NCBI GenBank assembly: GCA_038320275.1
Contig: JBBQEB010000041.1
Span: 1 to 25,883, forward strand
Reading direction: 5' to 3'
DNA length: 25,883 nt
Source of the DNA: Myxococcales bacterium
GTDB taxonomy: Bacteria; Myxococcota; Myxococcia; Myxococcales; Anaeromyxobacteraceae
Shown: one piece after another, positions 11,639 to 18,383 of the stretch
Position numbering within the stretch: the first letter of the stretch is position 1
Layout of the letters: every line of letters starts with the position of its first letter
Program-made: the position numbers and the translations under genes
Notes under the pieces: model-generated
The model's input: the letters and a program-made list of their open reading frames with translations, nothing else
The model's database searches: none
Told to the model about the DNA's origin: nothing

Positions 11639-12066
11639 CCGCGACGGCCGACGCTCCGACGGTCGATGCGCCCGGGCAGTCTCTGCTCCTGCTCTACGAC
11701 GGCGAATGTGGCTTCTGTGCCTCCGCCGCGGGCTGGCTCGGGCGACAGGACCGCCGCGGCGCGCTCAGGCTCGCGCCGCTCCAGGGCGAGGCGGGGGCTC
11801 GGTACCGGCGCCACGCCGCCGACCTGCCGGGTTCCGGCGCGCTCGACACGCTGGTGGTGGTAGACCGGGCCGCAGCCCCTGGCGAGCTCATCTTCGTTCG
11901 TTCGGCCGCCGTGGCGCGCTCGCTGCGCGCGCTCGGCCTCCCCTGGTCGGCGGCGGGCGTGGCCCTGGCCCTCGTGCCACGCCGCGCGGCCGACCTCGCC
12001 TATCGCGCGGTGGCGCGGCTGCGCCCCGGCGCCCGCGCCTGCCCGGCGCACCCTCCCGCGGGATAG
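11635..12066 (+). CDS. DCC family (DUF393) thiol-disulfide oxidoreductase-like protein
   Basis: 'LLYDGECGFC' (DxxCxxC), 'LRLAPLQ', 'RSAAV', 'DLAYRAVAR'. GTGA overlap with the upstream gene. Confidence 0.85.
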   Translation: MTATADAPTVDAPGQSLLLLYDGECGFCASAAGWLGRQDRRGALRLAPLQGEAGARYRRHAADLPGSGALDTLVVVDRAAAPGELIFVRSAAVARSLRALGLPWSAAGVALALVPRRAADLAYRAVARLRPGARACPAHPPAG

Positions 12067-12071
12067 AGGAC

Positions 12072-12977
12072 GTGGCCGACCTCGCGCTGCTCCTCCTGAC
12101 GCTCGCCTGGGGGACCACCTTCCTCCTCGTGAAGAACGCGCTCGTAGGCACCTCCGCGGGCGTCTTCTTGCTCCTGCGCTTCGGCCTCGCGAGCGCCGCC
12201 CTCGGCCTCGCCGCCGCCCTGCGAGGAAAGCCCGCAACGCGGGGTGCCCTGCGCGACGGCGCCCTTCTCGGGGTCGCGATGTGGGGCGGCTTCGCCCTGC
12301 AGACGCTGGGGCTCGAGCGGACGACCCCCGCCCGCTCGGGATTCCTCACCGGTGTCTCGGTCCTCATCGTCCCATTCCTGTCGCACTTCCTCCTGCGGCG
12401 GCGGGTGCGCCTCGCGGCGTGGCTCGGCGTGGCGCTGGCCGTGGCAGGGCTCCTCGCGCTCACCCGCCCGTTCGGAGACAGCGTCTCGGCGGAGGTCCGC
12501 ATGGGCGACCTCCTCACCGCGGGCTGCGCCCTCTGCTACGCCTTCCAGATTACCTTCACCTCGGAGTGGTCGCCCCGGCACCCGCTGGCGCTCCTCACGG
12601 CGGTGCAGGTCGGCACCACCTTCGCGCTCTCCGGGCTGCTGCTGGCGTTCGAGCCGGCCGCGCTCTCGCCTTCTCCGGCGCTCTGGGGGACGGTGGCCTT
12701 CACCGGGCTCTGCATGACGGCCGGGGCCTTCGCGGTGATGAACTGGGCCCAGCGCCGCACGAGCGCGGTGCGCGCCGCGCTCATCTTCTCGCTGGAGCCC
12801 GCGGCGGCCGCGCTCTTCTCGCACTTCGTGGGCGGCGAGCCGCTGGTCGCGCTCGACTGGATGGGCGGCGGGCTCATCGCGCTGGGCGTCGTGGTGGGCG
12901 AGGTGGGTGGCGCCCTGCAAGCCCGCTCGCCGGTGGGGAGCACGAAGCCGATGGTCGGACCTGGAGCTCCGCTCTGA
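12072..12977 (+). CDS. DMT/EamA family transporter
   Basis: 'WGTTFLLVK', 'LRFGLA', 'LQTLGLERTTPARSGFLTG', 'GDLLT', 'ALIFSLEP'; about 10 TM helices. GTG start after GAGGA. Confidence 0.88.
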   Translation: MADLALLLLTLAWGTTFLLVKNALVGTSAGVFLLLRFGLASAALGLAAALRGKPATRGALRDGALLGVAMWGGFALQTLGLERTTPARSGFLTGVSVLIVPFLSHFLLRRRVRLAAWLGVALAVAGLLALTRPFGDSVSAEVRMGDLLTAGCALCYAFQITFTSEWSPRHPLALLTAVQVGTTFALSGLLLAFEPAALSPSPALWGTVAFTGLCMTAGAFAVMNWAQRRTSAVRAALIFSLEPAAAALFSHFVGGEPLVALDWMGGGLIALGVVVGEVGGALQARSPVGSTKPMVGPGAPL

Positions 12978-13103
12978 AGGTCTCGCCTGTTTCGCGGCGC
13001 GTGGGGGAGAAGGAGACAGTCCGAGGGTGGCTGCGCCGCGAGCGACAGCCGACACCCGCGCGCCGGGCGGTCCTTCCGGCCGCAGCGCGTTAAGCTCGTC
13101 CTC

Positions 13104-13598
13104 GTGTTGCTCTCGAGACTCCCCACGCCGCTCCGCGCCAGCGCCCTGCGCGCGCTCCTCAACGTCTATCCGCCCTTCCTCGGCGCAGGCATCCGCGTGG
13201 TGCGGCTGTCACCGACCTTCCACACGGCCGATGTCGAGCTGAGGCTCCGCCCCTGGAATCGAAACTACGTCGGGACGCACTTCGGCGGGTCGCTCTTCGC
13301 CATGGCCGACCCGTTCTTCATGCTCATGCTGCTCGAGCTGCTCGGTTTCGGATACGTGGTGTGGGACAAGGCGTCCAGCATCCGCTTCCTGAGGCCTGGG
13401 CGCGGGACGGTGCGCGCCCGCTTCGAGATCCCGCAGGCGCGGGTCAGCGAGATCCGGGCCGCCGCGGACGAGAGCGGGAAGACGGAGGCGAGCTTCACCG
13501 CGAGCATCACCGACGCCAGCCGAGAGGTCGTCGCGCAGGTGGACAAGGTGCTCTCGATCCGAGCCAAGAAGCGCGCCGTCACCCGCCGGCCGCGGTGA
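13104..13598 (+). CDS. Hotdog-fold thioesterase-like protein (DUF4442/YiiD-C-like)
   Basis: 'LNVYPPFLGAGIRV', 'NRNYVGTHFGGSLFAMADPFFMLML', 'VVWDKASSIRFLRPGRG'. Confidence 0.85.
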   Translation: MLLSRLPTPLRASALRALLNVYPPFLGAGIRVVRLSPTFHTADVELRLRPWNRNYVGTHFGGSLFAMADPFFMLMLLELLGFGYVVWDKASSIRFLRPGRGTVRARFEIPQARVSEIRAAADESGKTEASFTASITDASREVVAQVDKVLSIRAKKRAVTRRPR

Positions 13599-13631
13599 GG
13601 CCGCCGACCTCCGAGCGCGCCCCGGAGCGCG

Positions 13632-14096
13632 TCAGGCGCGCGCCTTCGGCTCGTCGGGCGTGACCCTCCCCAAGAACTCACGAGCCGCGAAGCGGAGGGT
13701 CGAGATGCATCGGTCGAGCAGCTCCGGCGTGAGCCCGCTGCCGCCGACGAAGAGCTCGGCCTGAAGCTCGATCATCCCCAGGGCCGCCGGGATCCAGAGC
13801 TTCACCACCTTCACCTCGTTCTGCACCTCGTCCGCCGCGCGGCGCAGGATCAGCTCGTCGCTCGTCACCCCGTCGAGCGTCCATCCCGTGCAGAGCTGGA
13901 CGAAGCCGGGATCGTCTTCGCTGGAGCGGAGGAGGTGGACGGCTCCCTCCAACTTGAACCGGATCGTCGACGGCTTGCCATCGCCGCTGTCCATGCTGGG
14001 CCGGTAGCCCTCGCTCGCGAGGAGCCGCCGGAGCGCCTGCGCGATGGGCCTCCCGGAGCCGCGGCGCGCAACCGTCTCCTTCGTCGGGTCAGCCAC
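13632..14096 (-). CDS. Hypothetical protein, YbjN-like (T3SS-chaperone-like fold)
   Basis: 'EGYRP...IRFKLEG...DDPGF...ADEVQNEVKVVKLW' pattern. GGGAGG RBS (14102-14107) and TATCCT -10 (14119-14124) precede GTG 14096. Confidence 0.6.
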   Translation of the reverse strand: MADPTKETVARRGSGRPIAQALRRLLASEGYRPSMDSGDGKPSTIRFKLEGAVHLLRSSEDDPGFVQLCTGWTLDGVTSDELILRRAADEVQNEVKVVKLWIPAALGMIELQAELFVGGSGLTPELLDRCISTLRFAAREFLGRVTPDEPKARA

Positions 14097-14210
14097 GGTC
14101 ACCTCCCTTTCTACAGACAGGATAGGTGATGGACGGACGCGCGCGGCCATGCCCTGGGGACCCGCTGCACCGGACCGGACCGAGCGCCGCACCTCCGGCC
14201 GGAGGCTCGA

Positions 14211-14254
14211 TGCAAATCAAAGGGCACCCCGTCTCGCGAGGAGACGGGGTGCCC
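14211..14254 (-). terminator. Rho-independent terminator after the cytochrome gene
   Basis: Perfect 14-bp stem GGGCACCCCGTCTC/GAGACGGGGTGCCC with a 5-nt loop, followed by TTTGATTT on the minus strand, 22 nt after the stop. Confidence 0.85.
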
Positions 14255-14276
14255 GGAAGCTACGGCGCGCGGCTCG

Positions 14277-15971
14277 CTACGGCGCCGCGGCGATGGCCGC
14301 GATCTGCGCTGGCGTGAGGTTCGAGAGGAACCCCATGTTGCCGCGGTTGGAGTTGATGGCGCCCTGGATGGCGGCTGCCGAGGAGCCCTTCTTCGAGTTG
14401 CCGTGGCACCCCGAGCAGCTCGTCGTGTACAGCGCCGCGCCGTCGATGGGCGGCGTGTAGGTGCAGGACTGCGTGAGGACGTCGGGCGTCCCGGCGCACC
14501 CTGCCGGCGTGGTGGAGGTCACCGTCCGCGACTGCGAACTGTTGGACTGGCAGGCGCCCCACGCACTGTAGGTGTAGGTGCAGGCCGGGGGAGGCGGGGG
14601 GACGTAGGTGCAGGCCTGGGTGGTATCGGGCGTGCCGGTGCAGCCGGCCGGGAGCGCGCTGGCCACGGTCACGGGCTGGGTGTTGTTCGACTGGCAGGCG
14701 CCGGCCGAAGCGTAGGTGTACGTGCAGGCGGTGGGCGGCGGGGGGACGTAGGTGCAGGCCTGGGTAGTGGCAGGCGTGCCGGTGCAGCCGGCCGGGAGCG
14801 CGCTAGCCACGGTCACGGGCTGGGTGTTGTTCGGCTGGCAGGCGCCGGCCGGAGCGTACGTGTACGTGCAGGCGGTGGGAGGCGGGGGGACGTAGGTGCA
14901 GGCCTGGGTGGTGGCAGGCGTGCCGGTGCAGCCGGCCGGGAGCGCGCTGGCCACGGTCACGGGCTGCGTGTTGTTCGACTGGCAGGCGCCGGCCGAAGCG
15001 TAGGTGTACGTGCACGCGCCGGGGGGAGGAGGCACGTAGGTGCAGGTTCCGCTGAGGTCCGGCGTGCCGGTGCAGCCGGCCGGGAGGGCCGTCGCGACGG
15101 TGCGCGTGTACGTGCCATCGGGCTGGCAGGCGCCCCAGGCATTGTAGGTGTACATGCAGGCCTGCGGGCCCGTCGTGCCGCCGTCGGTCCCGCCTCCGGC
15201 ATCGGTGCCGCCCGTCCCCGCGTCCGTGCCGCCGGGCGTGCCGCCGTCGGTGGCGCCCGTCCCTCCGGGAAGGTTCTCAGGGTGGAAGGTTCCCGCGGCG
15301 AGGTGGTCGACCGGCCCCTCGAAGATGACGCCGCCGGTGGCCCGGTTCGTCACGATCAGCATCCCGTGGTGCAGCGAGAACTGCACGTCGTGGAACAGCT
15401 TGCGCAGCGCACTGCGGTCGCTGTCGTGGTCGTTGTCGCGGTGATGGTCGCCCTCGCTGGAGCCGATCCCGTAGAGCTGGAAGAGAGGAGCCAGGACCGT
15501 GCGGAGCTGCTTCAGCAGGTCCTCCGCATCGACGGAGTCGCCATGGTGGCCACCCTCGCCGTGCTCGAACGCCTGGCGGGCGTCGGAGGGCGACTGAGAA
15601 GCCTGGAAGGCCACGTTCGACAGGGGATCGATGTCGAGGGTGCCAGCCTGCGAGCTCACCGCGTACATGCGGTTCGAGCCGTTGGCGTCGGTCCATTCAG
15701 CCTGGACCGAGTAGGGGGCGACGAGGCCGCCGACGTCGACCGTGTAGGAGCCATCATTGCCCGTGGAGGTGCTCCGGATTTGCGCCGGGGAGGAGGAGTC
15801 ACGCACCGTCACGGTCCCTCCTGCGGCGGCGACCTCGGTGGACACGGTGCCGCTGAGCGCCGTCGTCGAGGTGGAGGCTTTCGAGGCGCTGCCGGGACCG
15901 CAGGCGGTCAGGGCGGCGGAGGCGAGGATTCCCAGCGCGAGCATCGTTGCGGCTCTCGTCGTCGTTCTCAT
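14277..15971 (-). CDS. Lipoprotein monoheme cytochrome c with five Cys-rich tandem repeats (PgcA-like architecture)
   Basis: AAGGAG RBS, lipobox LTAC (Cys24), beta-rich N-domain, G/T/D linker, five 48-aa repeats, and a C-terminal 'DGAALYTTSCSGCHG...NRGNMGFLSNLTPAQIAAIA' domain with one CxxCH and a likely distal Met. Has its own terminator. Confidence 0.85.
   Translation of the reverse strand: MRTTTRAATMLALGILASAALTACGPGSASKASTSTTALSGTVSTEVAAAGGTVTVRDSSSPAQIRSTSTGNDGSYTVDVGGLVAPYSVQAEWTDANGSNRMYAVSSQAGTLDIDPLSNVAFQASQSPSDARQAFEHGEGGHHGDSVDAEDLLKQLRTVLAPLFQLYGIGSSEGDHHRDNDHDSDRSALRKLFHDVQFSLHHGMLIVTNRATGGVIFEGPVDHLAAGTFHPENLPGGTGATDGGTPGGTDAGTGGTDAGGGTDGGTTGPQACMYTYNAWGACQPDGTYTRTVATALPAGCTGTPDLSGTCTYVPPPPGACTYTYASAGACQSNNTQPVTVASALPAGCTGTPATTQACTYVPPPPTACTYTYAPAGACQPNNTQPVTVASALPAGCTGTPATTQACTYVPPPPTACTYTYASAGACQSNNTQPVTVASALPAGCTGTPDTTQACTYVPPPPPACTYTYSAWGACQSNSSQSRTVTSTTPAGCAGTPDVLTQSCTYTPPIDGAALYTTSCSGCHGNSKKGSSAAAIQGAINSNRGNMGFLSNLTPAQIAAIAAAP
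14448..15158 (-). repeat. Coding tandem repeat, 5 x 144 bp (48 aa, 4 Cys per unit)
   Basis: Units start at 15158, 15014, 14870, 14726 and 14582 (exact 144-nt period). Units 2-4 are nearly identical. Confidence 0.95.
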
Positions 15972-16071
15972 GCGAGCTCCTTGTGGAGGTTTCGGTGCCT
16001 GCTCCCTCGAGCATTGGCGCCGCCCGGCCGTACCAGCTCAGCGACGGCAGGACCCATCGCTTACGAACTTT

Positions 16072-16089
16072 CCTTGATCTGGAGCAAGG
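16072..16089. promoter_or_regulatory. Fnr/Crp-family-like binding site
   Basis: ccTTGATctggAGCAAgg: 9/10 match to TTGAT-N4-ATCAA, with the dyad extended by CC/GG, about 100 nt upstream of the cytochrome start. Confidence 0.5.
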
Positions 16090-16166
16090 CACGAGGTGGT
16101 TGTAGGTGGGATGCGGGAATGGTCGGGGCCGCCGGCCGATAATTCCTATTCTCGAGTCAATGCGCT

Positions 16167-16340
16167 GGTTTGTGCTCATCGCCCGACGATAGGGTCACTC
16201 GCCGGAAGCGGCGACCCGCCCCGGCAGGGAGATAACACAGCGTGAACCCAGGCCTGCGCGAGGCAGGTCGGGCCTCGTGAGCGACGGCGGTCCAGCGGCG
16301 GTGTAGCCGTGACCAGCGTCGGACCCACGATGTACAAGCC
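16167..16340 (+). ncRNA. Candidate structured RNA / 5' leader (family not recognised)
   Basis: Nested pairings by eye: GGTTTGTG/TACAAGCC, CATCG/CGATG, CCGACG/CGTCGG and GGTCAC/GTGACC enclose the hairpins TCGCCG-GAAG-CGGCGA and CCCAGGCCTGC-GCGAG-GCAGGTCGGG. G-U pairs favour the + strand. TATTCT at 16147-16152 could be a -10. Confidence 0.4.
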
Positions 16341-17334
16341 TTCACCCGTGCGACGACTGCCCATCGAGCTCTCGCGTGGCCAGCTCCGCGTGGCGGAGAG
16401 CGGCCTCTTCCTCGACGCTCACCGGCGCTCGGAGTGCGCGTTCGTCTCGCATGCGCACGGCGATCACATCGCGCGGCACGACCGCACCATCGCCACCCCG
16501 GCCACGGTCGCGCTCATGCGCCATCGCCTCGGCCCGAACGTGAAGGGCCAGGCGCTGCCCGCCCTGTATCGCCAGCCGTTCGGACTGGGGGAGCTGACGC
16601 TGGAGCTGTTCCCGGCGGGGCACGTGCTCGGCTCGGCGCAGCTCCGCGCCACGCGCAACGGGGTCGCGCTCGGCTATTCCGGCGACCTCTGCCTGGAGCC
16701 CACGCTCACCGCCGAGCCGGCCGAGGTGGTGAGGTGCGACGTGCTGGTGCTCGAGTCCACCTTCGGCCTGCCTCGGTACGTGTTTCCGCCCAAGGAAGAG
16801 GTGCTCCTCGCCATCCGCCGCTTCGTCGACGACGCGCTCTCCGACGGCGTGACGCCGGTGCTGCTCGGCTACGCGCTCGGCAAGGCGCAGGAGATCCTCA
16901 AGTACCTCGGCGAGGCCGGGTACTCCTGCCGCGCTCACCCGGTGGTGCACGCGGTGAACCGGGTGTACCTGTCGCAGGGGGTCAGCCTGCCCAATGTCGG
17001 GCTGCTCGGGCCCGACGGGCCGGGGGCCGGCGAGGTGGTGGTGGCTCCTCCGCACCTCGCGCGGACGTTGCCCATCCTGCGCATCCCGCGGCGCCGCATG
17101 GCGATGCTCACGGGATGGGCGCTCGACGGGCGATGGAGGTTCCGGGGGGCCGACTGCGCCTTTCCGCTCTCCGACCACGCCGACTTCCCGTCGCTTCTCC
17201 GCTACGCCCGCGCCAGCGGCGCCCACCGCGTGCTGACGGTCCACGGCTACGCGCGCGAGCTCGCCTCCGCCCTGCGGAAGGGCGGCATCCGGGCCGAGCC
17301 ACTGCTGGAGCACGAGCAGCTCGAGCTGCTTTGA
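16330..17334 (+). CDS. Beta-CASP MBL-fold nuclease (ligase-associated DNA damage response exonuclease-like)
   Basis: 'SHAHGDH', 'AGHVLGSAQ', 'YSGD', 'LESTFG', 'GYALGKAQE', 'LSDHADF', 'VHG'. Start uncertain (ATG 16330 or GTG 16348). Confidence 0.85.
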   Translation: MYKPSPVRRLPIELSRGQLRVAESGLFLDAHRRSECAFVSHAHGDHIARHDRTIATPATVALMRHRLGPNVKGQALPALYRQPFGLGELTLELFPAGHVLGSAQLRATRNGVALGYSGDLCLEPTLTAEPAEVVRCDVLVLESTFGLPRYVFPPKEEVLLAIRRFVDDALSDGVTPVLLGYALGKAQEILKYLGEAGYSCRAHPVVHAVNRVYLSQGVSLPNVGLLGPDGPGAGEVVVAPPHLARTLPILRIPRRRMAMLTGWALDGRWRFRGADCAFPLSDHADFPSLLRYARASGAHRVLTVHGYARELASALRKGGIRAEPLLEHEQLELL

Positions 17335-17373
17335 GTCGCGCGGGTCTCGACCGCGCTACACTCTCCGCCCGCC

Positions 17374-18348
17374 ATGCTCCAGCTCGAGGTCAGTGCAGAC
17401 GCCGCCGGGCAGCGGCTCGACAAGTTCCTCCGCCGCGCGCTGGCCGGCGTTCCCTTGAGCCACATCTTCAAGCTCCTGCGCACCCGCAAGGTGCGGGTGA
17501 ACGGCGCGCGCGGTCGGGCCGAGCAGCTCCTCGCCGAGGGGGACGCGGTGGCCATCCGCGCCGAGGAGGAGCGGCTCGTCGCCCCGCCGGACGCATCGGT
17601 CAAGCGGGCCAAGGTCACGGTCACCTTCGCCGTGCTCTTCGAGGACGAGCACCTCCTCGCCGTGAACAAGCCGTCGGGCCTCGCCGCGCACCCGGGCACC
17701 GGCATCACCGGCGCGACGCTGGTCGAGGAGGCGCGGGCCTACCTGCGCGTACCCGCCGATCTGCCCACCACCGAGTTCAAGCCCTCCCCCGCGCACCGGC
17801 TCGACCGGGAGACGTCGGGGGTGGTCCTCGTCGCGAAGACGCGCCGGTGCATGGCGGCGCTCACCCGCATCTTCACCTCGGGAGAAGGGGTGAAGAAGGC
17901 TTACCTGGCGCTCGCCAAGGGCAAGCTCTCCCGCTCCGAGGGCACCATCGACCTCCCGCTGTCGGAGCACGAGCAGACCGCCCGCTCGAAGGACAAGCGC
18001 GGCGTCCACATGCAGGAGGCCCTCACCCGGTATCGGGTAATCTCCTCCATGCGCGAGGCGTCCCTCCTCCGCGTGGCCATCGAGACGGGCCGTACCCACC
18101 AGATCCGCCGGCACCTTCAAGCGCTCGGCCACCCGGTCGCGGGCGACGCCCGCTACGGGGATTTCCCGTTCAATCGCGTGGCGAAGACGCGCTGGGGCCT
18201 GCGGCGCATGTTCCTGCACGCCTGGAAGCTCGAGCTGCCGCACCCCATGCGCGAAGGCGCGCTCGCGCTGGAGGCGCCCCTCCCGGAGGAGCTCATGGTG
18301 GTGCTCGGGAAGATGAACCTCGCCGCGCCGCCGGGAATGCGGCGTTGA
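17374..18348 (+). CDS. RluA-family pseudouridine synthase with N-terminal S4 domain (RluC/RluD-like)
   Basis: 'GQRLDKFL', 'VNKPSGL', catalytic 'HRLDRETSG', 'TGRTHQIRRH', 'GHPVAGDARYG', 'LHA'. Confidence 0.93.
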   Translation: MLQLEVSADAAGQRLDKFLRRALAGVPLSHIFKLLRTRKVRVNGARGRAEQLLAEGDAVAIRAEEERLVAPPDASVKRAKVTVTFAVLFEDEHLLAVNKPSGLAAHPGTGITGATLVEEARAYLRVPADLPTTEFKPSPAHRLDRETSGVVLVAKTRRCMAALTRIFTSGEGVKKAYLALAKGKLSRSEGTIDLPLSEHEQTARSKDKRGVHMQEALTRYRVISSMREASLLRVAIETGRTHQIRRHLQALGHPVAGDARYGDFPFNRVAKTRWGLRRMFLHAWKLELPHPMREGALALEAPLPEELMVVLGKMNLAAPPGMRR

Positions 18349-18374
18349 TCCCCGAGGGGGAACACCCCTAGATT
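18345..18374 (+). promoter_or_regulatory. Sigma-70-type promoter for PBP1A
   Basis: TTGATC (18345-18350), 18 nt, TAGATT (18369-18374); ATG follows 9 nt later with no Shine-Dalgarno sequence. Confidence 0.5.
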
Positions 18375-18383
18375 CGGCGCTCC

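Noticed and set aside
11706..12071. Extended N-terminus of the EamA ORF
   Set aside because: It overlaps the DCC gene in another frame and is low-complexity. The family sequence starts at GTG 12072.
14448..15158. Regular repeats as a possible CRISPR array, or the Cys-rich units as multiheme motifs
   Set aside because: The 144-bp units are contiguous and in frame, with no unique spacers and no cas genes. The repeats contain no His, so there is no CxxCH; only one heme motif exists (14403-14417).
15972..16160. GEMM-I (c-di-GMP/cGAMP) riboswitch expected by analogy with pgcA
   Set aside because: I could not find the AAAC-P2-GNRA...GACG[C/G]AAAG...P3 pattern on the minus strand, only small hairpins. 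A covariance search would settle it.
16167..16340. Identification of the structured element as 6S RNA, SRP RNA, tRNA or retron msr-msd
   Set aside because: The size fits 6S, but the zapA/ygfA context and recognisable motifs are absent. There is no SRP domain IV loop, no cloverleaf and no reverse transcriptase gene. Left unassigned.
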